A stretch of DNA of 64,000 nt, taken from Prasinococcaceae sp. CCMP 1430 (taxonomy: Eukaryota > Plantae > Prasinodermophyta). Made by a program: the position numbers and the translations under genes. Numbering within the stretch: position 1 is the first letter of the stretch; each line of letters starts with the position of its first letter. The stretch is from contig RQSC01000011.1 in the NCBI GenBank assembly GCA_013416795.1, positions 174,721-238,720 on the forward strand, given 5' to 3'. This document shows, one piece after another, positions 55,032 to 64,000 of this stretch. Below the pieces are notes generated by a model. The model had not been told where the DNA came from. It did not search any database and saw nothing but the letters and a program-made list of their open reading frames with translations.

Positions 55032-56114
55032 TCACATGTTCGGCACGTTCCGAAGTGCCGCGAGCACCTCGAGCGCGGTGGGCCTCTCGCCTGGTGTATG
55101 CGCGGCGCAAGTCTCGATGATGTCACGCAGCTCGCGCGGACAGCTCAGCGGCTGGGGCGGGCGCTCACCGGCGCACACGCGTGTCTTTATGTCGGCAGGC
55201 TCGACTCCGTCCCACGGGCACTGTCGCGCCACGAGTTCCCACAGCACCATGCCCAACGCGTACACGTCGCTCGCGGGAGAGGCCGCCACGCCCTGACTGA
55301 ACATTTCGGGCTGCGCAAGTGCCCGCGTGCGTACGCGAGGTGTCAGCGCCCGCTTCCCGCACTCCTGGCAGCTCGCCGCCTCGAATCGGGGCCCATCGCG
55401 CTCGCGCGCCCACGCGCGCGAGCGAGGCGCGCGCGCCCGCACCGCCATGTACGCTGGTGTGCCCGCACCACGCTTCTTGCCAGACGCGAGGCCGAAATCG
55501 GCCAGTTTGCAGCGCCACGCGCGGTCGACGAGCACGTTTGCGGGTTTCAGGTCTTGATGCACCACAGCGGGTTGCCTGTTGTGCAGGTACGCCAGCGCGC
55601 GGCAGATGTCCGAGCCGACTTCCTGCGCGGCAGCGCGGCGCCGCGGCAGCAGCACGCCGTGGGAGCGTCGTGTGTGTGTCGTGGTAAGTGCTCTTGGTAT
55701 TGCACGGGGCACGACCCCACGCGCACGCTCAGTCACAGATGGGAGGCATGCGTGCGAGCTCACGCTCACCTTGATGCGCTTACGATCAACGTCGATCTGC
55801 GACGCGTGCAAGACCTCGTGCAGCGACTTGGGCAAGTACTCGAAGACGAGGCGCAGCTCTGACGGCGGCTCGGTGACAGCGCCGAGCAGCTGCACCACGT
55901 GCGGGTGGCGTAGGTCGCGCAGAGCGAGTAACTCATCGTCGAACTCCGCGCGCGCGGCCGCGGCGTCGTCGGCACCCGCGCCGAAGAATCGCTTCACCGC
56001 CACGGGTGTCGACAGCCACATGGCCCGGTGCACCGTGGAGTAAGCGCCACCGCCGACGCGCTCGCGCTCATCGAGCTCGGTCGCGTCGATCGCGAGGCGC
56101 GCGAGGGACGACAT
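55032..56114 (-). CDS. TKL/Raf-like Ser/Thr protein kinase, non-RD
   Basis: GGGAYSTV, VAVK, RHPHVVQLLG, HQDLKPANVL, DFG, GTPAYMA|PE and SDVYALGMVLWEL. Introns 55769-55623 and 55442-55312. Confidence 0.93.
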   Translation of the reverse strand: MSSLARLAIDATELDERERVGGGAYSTVHRAMWLSTPVAVKRFFGAGADDAAAARAEFDDELLALRDLRHPHVVQLLGAVTEPPSELRLVFEYLPKSLHEVLHASQIDVDRKRIKVSVSSHACLPSVTERARGVVPRAIPRALTTTHTRRSHGVLLPRRRAAAQEVGSDICRALAYLHNRQPAVVHQDLKPANVLVDRAWRCKLADFGLASGKKRGAGTPAYMAVRARAPRSRAWARERDGPRFEAASCQECGKRALTPRVRTRALAQPEMFSQGVAASPASDVYALGMVLWELVARQCPWDGVEPADIKTRVCAGERPPQPLSCPRELRDIIETCAAHTPGERPTALEVLAALRNVPNM

Positions 56115-57006
56115 GCCCGCGCGCCCGCCCGCCCCGGATCTGCGGGCCGGCAGCCGGCCACGCACATGCGCCGCAGCGCGCACGCGCTGTGGCCCACCGC
56201 ATCCCGCCTGCGCCCCCCCCTCCCGCCCCCTTCCAATCCCCGCGCCCCGCCCCTGCCGCACCGCCGCCCCTCCCTCCGCCCGCGGGGAGGCCGCCGTGCT
56301 TGCTGCGTGCGCCCCACATCGGGATCGAGGCGCGCCACCGCATTCATGGTTTTTCGAATTCGCGTGGTATCGTCGCCGGCGGCGCCAGCCTCGCTCGCGC
56401 GCGCGCGCGGCGCGCGCGCGCGCGCGCGGGGGAACCAGAACCGGAACCATTTCTTCTCCGCGCTTCTGTCTCGGCGATGCGGGTGCGGATTGAAAGACGC
56501 GGAAGCCGGGCATTTCGACGCGCGGGTGCGTGTCGCCCTTCGAGTTTTCGCGCGCGCGCGCGCGCGCNNNNNNNNNNNNNNNNNNNNNNNNNNNNNNNNN
56601 NNNNNNNNNNNNNNNNNNNNNNNNNNNNNNNNNNNNNNNNNNNNNNNNNNNNNNNNNNNNNNNNNNNNNNNNNNNNNNNNNNNNNNNNNNNNNNNNNNNN
56701 NNNNNNNNNNNNNNNNNNNNNNNNNNNNNNNNNNNNNNNNNNNNNNNNNNNNNNNNNNNNNNNNNNNNNNNNNNNNNNNNNNNNNNNNNNNNNNNNNNNN
56801 NNNNNNNNNNNNNNNNNNNNNNNNNNNNNNNNNNNNNNNNNNNNNNNNNNNNNNNNNNNNNNNNNNNNNNNNNNNNNNNNNNNNNNNNNNNNNNNNNNNN
56901 NNNNNNNNNNNNNNNNNNNNNNNNNNNNNNNNNNNNNNNNNNNNNNNNNNNNNNNNNNNNNNNNNNNNNNNNNNNNNNNNNNNNNNNNNNNNNNNNNNNN
57001 NNNNNN

Positions 57007-57773
57007 CGGGCGCCTGTGCCTGTGCCTGCGCCGCGGCGGGCGCCGGTGCCTGTGCCTCAGCGGGCACCGGCGCCTGCCGCTGCTGCGCAGGCGCAGGCGC
57101 CCGTTGCGGCGCGTGCGCAGGCGCCGGTCGTGCCCGAGACGCCTTCGCGCCAGAGGGAGACTGAGGTGCGTGTGCACGATCGCTTGCGCGCCTGGTTGCA
57201 CGCGGACACGCGCGCGACGGCCGCTGACTCTCCTGTTGTGCCTGCTCGCCGCGTTCGCCGCATGCAGGCGCAGCGTCCCGCCCCGACGCACGCCGACTTC
57301 GCGGTCCACAAGGATCACTCGATGGCGGGCCGGCGCCCACCCGCGCGGCCTGCGCGGAGGACGCGCGGCATGGATGAGAGGGTTGATTACGAAATCAGGG
57401 CGATGCGCGCGCGGGAGGCACGCGCAATCGACGACAAGGTCGAGTCCGAGATCGCGCGAGAGGCACGCGAGAGCGACGACGACACTGACTACGAGATCAG
57501 CAGGTCGGCCCTCATCGGTGCGTGCGCCCGAGCGCGTTGCAGGCCGTGCGCGCCGCTCGCACGTGCCCTCCTGTCGGGTGAATTCTGTGATTGACTCCGC
57601 GGGCGGACGAGGTTGGGCTGTGCGCGCCGCCCGCTGGCGCTGACTGAGGCGCGCGCCGGGCTCGCCTGCGCGCGCGCCCCGCAGAGGCCAGGCAAAGGAA
57701 CAAGAGGATGTCGGCCTACGAGATGCGCATGAGGGCGGCCGAGGCCAAGGCCCGCGGTGAGGACGTCCCCTGA
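57007..57773 (+). CDS. C-terminal part of a hypothetical Pro/Ala-rich protein (5' end in gap)
   Basis: Open frame from the gap edge; a G|gtgcgt donor at about 57518 and a cgcag acceptor give last exon EARQRNKRMSAYEMRMRAAEAKARGEDVP*. Confidence 0.55.
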
Positions 57774-58249
57774 GCACGCGCCCCACAGGGACGCCGCAGA
57801 GGCACCACCCAAGGGGACCCCACATCACCTCTAGAGCGAGAGAGTGCCCCGAGACACGCGAGTAGAGAGCGCCTGCCGCACGGCTGCGCGCAGCCGTGCA
57901 AGCCACAGGAGCTTCAGCTGTCCAGATTTTTAACCCTACTTTTCCAAACCCCAAACATGAAAAATCTGAGGCTGGGCGGTGCGGCGAGGATGTTGTGGAG
58001 CGCGGAAATTGGCAGCAGGTGTGATTCCGATATTACGACGCCGAGAGGCGCGGCGCGGCGATGAAAATATCTGGCGCGCCGACCGAATCTGTTGATGACG
58101 TGGCGGTCCGACGTGGCGCGCCGCGTGGGCGGGCTGGGCGTGAGTCTCCCTCGGAGAGTCACCGCTGCCGAGCGCGCGCGCGCGCGCGGGGCCCCGCCGC
58201 GGACCCTGCAGAGCGCGTCGGCAGGGCCCCGCCGCGCGACAGCGCAAAC

Positions 58250-58255
58250 ACGCAC

Positions 58256-58294
<39 letters not shown>

Positions 58295-58345
58295 CCCATG
58301 CGTACACACGCGCACACACACGTGTGTGTCACACACGCACACACA
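58250..58345. repeat. (CA)n microsatellite
   Basis: CA tracts with a short TG inversion. Confidence 0.85.
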
Positions 58346-59204
58346 CGCCGGCGTAGGAAGGTTCGGAGCGCGTACGCACACGCTCCCTTTCCGGCCCACG
58401 CGACGCCCCGCGGGAGACTTTGCCCTCTTCTGACTCCTCGCCCGTCGCTGGCGCACACTCGCCGCCGGGTCTTCGCGTCGTCCGCCCCGCCGATGAATTC
58501 CTCGGCAGCGCCCCCAGCGCGCGCCCTGCCGTCCGTCCGCTGGAGAGCACGTGCGCGCGCGCCCACACACGCGCCAGAAGCAGGTGGGCCCGATGCCGTC
58601 GCCGGCCAGCGCAGCTTCCCAGCCAAAATGAACCGCAGGCATCGCAGACAGGTGACAGATGTCGCATGCAAAAAAAGGAAAAGACCTTTTAGATGGCCTC
58701 GACGCGACGTCGTCGGGCCGTCTGGCTTCCGCTGACCGACCGTTCGGCGTTGTTGACAAACGGTTGCAATGCGGGGGTTGGCGCGGTTCAGCGCCATTCA
58801 ACTTGATTCGACGCGTGCGCCATTCAACAATGGCTGCTGCGCCATTCAGTGGGTCAATGGCAATGACTGGCGGGGCGTGACGCATATTCCCGCCTCTTTT
58901 GTCCCGGGTGTCATCTGTTGTTGTTGCAACTTCCGCTGCCGATGCGCATTGCAATGCGTTGTTATGTGCGCATGTGTGCGCGCGGAAGCGCGCGCGCCGA
59001 GGAAAAACGCGCGCGATGCTGCCGCTGCCAACGCCGGCGCCGCGCGCGCACGCCACACCGCGTTCGCGCGCCGCGCGCGCAGCTCTCTCTCGCTCTCTCG
59101 CGGCCGGGGATCTCCCAGTGCGCCTCTGCGGGGCTCCTGCCCTCGCCGCCCCCGTCAGCTCGCCCCGCGCAAAGGCCGACCGCGGCCCGCCGCGCCGCGG
59201 CTGG

Positions 59205-59654
59205 ATGTCGGCCCGCGCGAGCGAGGCGTACCGCGCCAGCTTCTTCCGGGGGCAGACGACCACCGTTGCTGCGGGGCGCGGGATGCCCAGCGGGCCTCGG
59301 AGTCCAGACGTCGCTGGCCTGTCGGCGCCGGCCAGCGACGCCTACCTCAGCAGCTTCCAGGTGGTCACTCCGCTGCTCCACCCGCACCAACAACGCGCGG
59401 AACGCGCCGCCTCGGCGCACGCCGAGGCGGTCTCAGCGCTGCACGAAGCCAGGCGCGCACTGCGGAGCGAGCCCCGCTCCGCCACCCGACTCGAGGCGGC
59501 GCTGGCGCGCGTGGGCACCGTTCGCGACCTGAGCGCCGACTGCTGCAGCATGGGGGATGCGCAGGGCCTGGGGGACAAGCTCACGGCCGCGTATCGCCAG
59601 CTCCTCGTGGCGCTCTTCCAGGAGGACCTGCGCCGCACGGACAAGTGCCGGTGA
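59205..59654 (+). CDS. Hypothetical helical protein (about 149 aa)
   Basis: ATG-TGA ORF with coding-like composition; an upstream exon is possible. Confidence 0.45.
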   Translation: MSARASEAYRASFFRGQTTTVAAGRGMPSGPRSPDVAGLSAPASDAYLSSFQVVTPLLHPHQQRAERAASAHAEAVSALHEARRALRSEPRSATRLEAALARVGTVRDLSADCCSMGDAQGLGDKLTAAYRQLLVALFQEDLRRTDKCR

Positions 59655-60246
59655 CACGCGGCCGCGCATGACCACCAACGCCCTCAGCCCTTAGCGTCGC
59701 ATGCACAGCACATACATACAGCGCCCACGGACCGTGAACGCACGTCCTCAAGACGGACAGACTGAAACGAGGTAGTACATAGCGCTAACAACCAACGGAA
59801 GCCACTGTCACTCGAAGCCTGCTCGGTTCGGACCGCTGGAGAGAGCGGTAGACGCCGCCTACCTGCACATTGCACATAACTGTAAGTGTTGTATACTGTC
59901 AATTTCCACGCTGATCACTCGACGTCGTTGTCTGCTCGCTCAAGCCGTAGTTGGGTCGAGTCGTCTCGCAGATCTGGACTTGCACATTCCACCATCCGCT
60001 GACTGTGACCGTGAGGGACAACTGGTCCCTTTCCGACGAAGGCACCGTGCACATCAAGGGGCGGTAGCTGGAGTCGTTCGTGCTGCGCGCGCGCGGACGG
60101 CCAAGCATTCCCTGTCATCAAATATTGTTAAATCTCTCCACCGCTCGAGCAACAGAGGGTGCACGTGCGTTATCCATTACTGTGAGAACCAGCCGCCGGT
60201 GGCGATGCGGCCTGCCCGTGCGCGAAAGACTCCGATTGCGTCGGCA

Positions 60247-61665
60247 TCACGCGTCAGTGCGCACGAGCATGCTGCCGCAAGCGCCACGGCTCGGGTGGTG
60301 GGCCCTCGTGGCGCCTGCTGCTGCAGGATGAGGGTGGGGCGGAGACACAAAGGCAGCGTGGCCGCCATGCTCCTCAGACGTGCCCGTAGCCTCCTGGTCA
60401 TGCTGCTCATGGGCACGCCCGTCCGTAGCGTCCATCGCAGCTTCTTCAGGGCGCTTCTCCGCTTCGACGATGGGCTCTTGCTGCTCGGCCAAGCCGTGGT
60501 CAATCTCTTGGCTGACAGGCTCCCTCCCGTGTCCATCGAGTTCCGCTGGCGGCTCCCCCGGCGCATTCGCTTCAGATTCGCCCGTGCCTTCGTCAGCGGC
60601 GAGGACGGCATCATCTTCCTCGCACTCGTCGGCCTGCTGTTGGTCGCACGCTTCGCCAGCGTGGTCCTGGGCGCATCGCACGCCGAGCTGCTCGCCAGCG
60701 TTATCGCCCTCGTCAGCTTCATGCGCGAGCATGATGCGGTGGGTGAGCGCCTGCGTGCGGCTCGTGTACGCCATGGCCGCGGCCTCGAGGTCGTCAAGGT
60801 CGTCACAGAGCGCTGAGTATGCCTCTTCTTCGTACGTTGAGTATTCCTCCTCCTCGTACGAGTACGAGCCCTCGGCGCCAGTGCTGTCGGTGCCATAAGA
60901 CACGCAGCTCCGCATGACGCTCGATGACGTCGTCTCCACGCTGTGCTCGCCAGCGGGTGAGCGCCGCGCCCGCGGGCGTCGATGGTCGTTCTCGGGGCCC
61001 AGAGAGGGAGTCGCTCTGCGATCGCCGCCACTGGCCCGTCCCCGCTCGTGCTCCTCCTCGGACGTGGCTCTGGCCGCAGTGCTTGACACCACCATCGAGG
61101 CAGCGAAAGCGAGCGCCATGGAACGGACCACCGCGTCGCTCATCGCTGCCTCCTTGATGCGCTCAGTCGCGGCGCTCACGGCGTCCGCCTCTGCAGCCGC
61201 CGCCTCGAGGGCGAGCTCCATTTCGGTAGCCTGGGCGCTCACCTGCGCCGTCGCGGCGTGCAACTGCCGAGTGGCGACGTCTACCTGTGCCGCGAGCGTC
61301 TCGGTGGCCGCCTCGGCCTCGGCCGCGCGCGCCTCCGCCGCGCGCGCGCGCGCCGTGGCCGTCTCAGCGGCGTCCTCTGCGGCGTCCACGCGCGCGCGCG
61401 CCGCCTCTGCGGCCCTGTAGGAGTCTGCCTTGAGCGCGACCTCGCAGCGGAGCCGCGCGTTCTCCTGCGTCTCCGCCAGAGCCTGTGACCACACCTCCGC
61501 CTCGGCCTGCGAGGACGCCTCGAGCGCCTCGAGGCGCGCGCGCAGCGACAACGCCTCGGCACTGGCCGCTGCTGCCGCTGCCTCGGCGGCCGCCGCCGCC
61601 GCACAGGCTAATCCTGGCGCGATGGCCGGCCCCGCCGCCCGCGCCGCCGCTGAGTCGCTCTCCAT
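60247..61665 (-). CDS. Hypothetical coiled-coil/acidic protein; may have a further exon to about 59915
   Basis: Long ORF with an A/E/R heptad region followed by an acidic region; both ends are uncertain. Confidence 0.55.
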   Translation of the reverse strand: MESDSAAARAAGPAIAPGLACAAAAAAEAAAAAASAEALSLRARLEALEASSQAEAEVWSQALAETQENARLRCEVALKADSYRAAEAARARVDAAEDAAETATARARAAEARAAEAEAATETLAAQVDVATRQLHAATAQVSAQATEMELALEAAAAEADAVSAATERIKEAAMSDAVVRSMALAFAASMVVSSTAARATSEEEHERGRASGGDRRATPSLGPENDHRRPRARRSPAGEHSVETTSSSVMRSCVSYGTDSTGAEGSYSYEEEEYSTYEEEAYSALCDDLDDLEAAAMAYTSRTQALTHRIMLAHEADEGDNAGEQLGVRCAQDHAGEACDQQQADECEEDDAVLAADEGTGESEANAPGEPPAELDGHGREPVSQEIDHGLAEQQEPIVEAEKRPEEAAMDATDGRAHEQHDQEATGTSEEHGGHAAFVSPPHPHPAAAGATRAHHPSRGACGSMLVRTDA

Positions 61666-63026
61666 CGCGGAGCTCTTCCAGCTGCTCGACGCGTGCAAGC
61701 TCGACTACCGGGACGCGCTTGAGAAGGGCGAGCTGGTTGATAGGCTGATGCGAGCGCGCGATCAGCTCCCACCGGCGGCAAGCGCGCTCGTCGAGCGCGC
61801 GCTAGAGCACGCTGCGGCATCACAGAGCGCTAGCGGTGGCCTAGTCGCCGCGGGACGAAGGGGCGCAGCGGCAGGCATGCAGTCTCGCGCGCTGTCGACG
61901 CCGCTCACACCGAGCGAGGCCAGCACGGTGGCAACTTTTGCTCGCGCAGCGCCCAGCGTGGCGTTCATCACAGCGGTGGGCGTCGCGCAGGGTGGTGCAC
62001 TCGTGCCGCAGGGTGGCGCGCCGCAGCCGGCCGGCACTGGAAGCGGGTTCGTGTGGGATGACAAGGGACACGTCGTCACCAACTACCACGTGATTCGCCA
62101 CGCAACGCGCGTTGCAGTGTCGCTGGGCGAAGGCACCACATCGGCAACCTACGAGGCGAGCCTCGTGGGCGTGGACCCTGACAAAGACCTCGCCGTCTTG
62201 CGGCTGCGCGACGTGCCTGCGGGCGCGCAGCTCACGCCGCTCGACGTGGGGAGCTCGTCTGGGCTGCTCGTCGGGCAGAGCGTTCTGGCCATCGGCAATC
62301 CGTTCGGGCTCGACAGGTCACTCTCGGTGGGCGTCGTCAGCGCGGTGGGCCGCGAGGTTCGCGGCGTATCAGGACGCACCATTCACGGCGTGGTACAGAC
62401 CGATGCGGCGATTAATCCTGGCAACTCGGGCGGGCCATTGCTGGACTCGGCGGGGCGGCTGATAGGAGTGAATACCATGATCTACTCAACGAGTGGCGCG
62501 TCGGCGGGCATCGGCTTCGCGGTGCCCGTGGACACAGTGCGGCGCAGCGTCAATCAGCTCATCAGACACGGCCGCGTGGCGCGCCCAGGTCTCGGCATAA
62601 ATGTCTTCATGGGACCAGACGGCGCCATGGGATTGCCGGGAGTGCTCATCATGAACGTGCCTCCCGGCTCGGACGCCGCGCGAGCTGGCTTGCGAGGCAC
62701 CGTCCAAGACAAACGCAGCGGCCAAACAGTGCTAGGTGCGCGCATGGCGCACACGCGCGCGCGTGGACGTGCGAGCGCAAATTTCGAACGCGCGCACCGT
62801 GCGCCATGCAATTGCCCGGACTGACACTCGGGACGCGGCGCGGCCAGGCGACGTCATCACCGAAATCGACGGCGCTGCCATCAAGGGCACCGAGGATTTG
62901 CTTAATGTGCTCGAGACCAAGCAGGTCGGGCAGACCATCCAGGTCACCGTGCAAAGGGGCACGATGCTGGCAAGCACCCGTCGGGTGAGCATCCGCCTGC
63001 TCGATGTCTCTCAGCCCGTGGACTGA
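61622..63026 (+). CDS. DEG/HtrA serine protease (DEG1/8-like) with PDZ domain and an N-terminal HeH/SAP-like helical module
   Basis: GSGFVWD..GHVVTNYHV (His), DPDKDLAVL (Asp), QTDAAINPGNSGGPL (Ser) and PDZ GDVITEIDG. Intron 62736-62847. Confidence 0.93.
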
Positions 63027-63125
63027 CCGCAGACGCGCGCGCGCCCGCGGCGCACGGTCGCGCGTGCGCTGGACGCTACAATTTTTGTTACAACAAATGA
63101 ACAAGCGGGCGCTCATTGCAAGCAC

Positions 63126-64000
63126 TCAAGAGATGATCAGCAGGAATATGCTGATGTTGACGCTCAGGCAGAGCGGCGCAATTACGTACGATGTGAAGAG
63201 CGTCGTCGACACGCTGCCCTCGTTGCGCTGCGCCATCGAAGTCATCATGACCACATTGTTCGCTGTCGGACAGCACGCTTCCAGTAGCAGCACGAGCTTG
63301 AACATTGGGTCGTTGTCTGGCAGGATCGAGGTGTATCTGCTGGTGGCGGTGACGAGCGCAATGGCGCACAGAGGCAAGAGCACCATGCGTGAGATTGCCA
63401 CGCCGGCAGCGAGGCGCAGCGGCACTGCCGTGTAATCAGGACCATTGGACAGGTTGGCACCGAGTAGAATCACGCTGATCGGAATGGCGGCTTGTCCGAG
63501 CGTAGAGACGGCCGAGAAGAAGACGCGTAGCGGGGCGCCTTTGACCACCAGCAGCCCATGCAGCGGCGTGGTGCCCACGAGCACACCCAAGACAACCGCC
63601 ACCACAGGCGGCGTGATTGCTCGCCTGACGAACTTGGCACAGTCCCGCGCGAACGACCGTGCCACCATCGGAGCGCGCCCCTGCACCGGCGTGGGCGTTC
63701 CCGGGAGCGCAAGGGTGTCGCTCGCAGTAGAGCCTTCGTGTCCTGCGCCATCCGCGAGCAAATGCACCTCCTCGAGCTGCTCTATTTCATCCTCATGGAT
63801 GACAAAACGGACGTCGGCGCTTTCTGTGGCCTGCGACCCCCCCTCTGAGCGCGCGTGTGCCAACCCCACCATCTCGAGGTCCATGTCGCTCTGCTTGCGC
63901 GTGAGCGCACGTTGGAGGCCGCCCGCGTCGCTCTCCCCCCAGTCAGCCTCCCCATCGCCGGCCTCGCGCGCGTCTGGCGCTCTCATGCTCTTGGCGCGGT
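63126..64000 (-). CDS. PILS (PIN-LIKES)/auxin efflux carrier family transporter, C-terminal part
   Basis: PPVVAVVLGVLVG, LGQAAIP..VILLGANL, RMVLLP, DPMFKLVLLL..CPTA and a terminal TM; the gene continues past the window edge. Confidence 0.85.
   Translation of the reverse strand, partial: RAKSMRAPDAREAGDGEADWGESDAGGLQRALTRKQSDMDLEMVGLAHARSEGGSQATESADVRFVIHEDEIEQLEEVHLLADGAGHEGSTASDTLALPGTPTPVQGRAPMVARSFARDCAKFVRRAITPPVVAVVLGVLVGTTPLHGLLVVKGAPLRVFFSAVSTLGQAAIPISVILLGANLSNGPDYTAVPLRLAAGVAISRMVLLPLCAIALVTATSRYTSILPDNDPMFKLVLLLEACCPTANNVVMMTSMAQRNEGSVSTTLFTSYVIAPLCLSVNISIFLLIIS

Larger units (their letters stand above)
22200..57006. other. Assembly gaps: N-runs 22200-22299, 22930-23864, 27639-28207, 43974-44042, 56568-57006; single-N joins at 5487, 14036 and 25451
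   Basis: N characters in the sequence; most fall in (GC)n-rich 5' regions and truncate gene starts. Confidence 0.98.

Overview
Eukaryotic, very GC-rich, gene-dense DNA, most likely from a prasinophyte-grade green alga (inference from a plant-type CUL1, short GT(G/A)CG...CAG introns full of (CA)n/(GC)n tracts, and PILS, DEG and ELO genes). It is not prokaryotic: there is no CRISPR array and no recognisable transposase. About 30 genes can be supported, plus one tRNA-Arg(CCT). The assembly is fragmented, with five N-runs, three single-N joins and one probable chimeric join. The strongest signal is a near-canonical TPP (thiamine pyrophosphate) riboswitch at 33676-33780. It lies in the enlarged intron 2 of a secreted folate-receptor-fold gene, which is transcribed divergently from an NMT1/THI5/ThiY-like pyrimidine-precursor-binding gene. 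Together these form a candidate riboswitch-controlled vitamin B1 scavenging module. Other notable genes are a spliced, secreted actinobacterial-type siderophore-binding protein (DesE/diatom FBP1-like), a PPR-like repeat + 2OG-Fe(II) dioxygenase fusion, an IQ-motif-bearing KLHDC4, and a tiny CC-doublet Cys-rich protein. All family calls are from motif recognition by eye; no database search was run.
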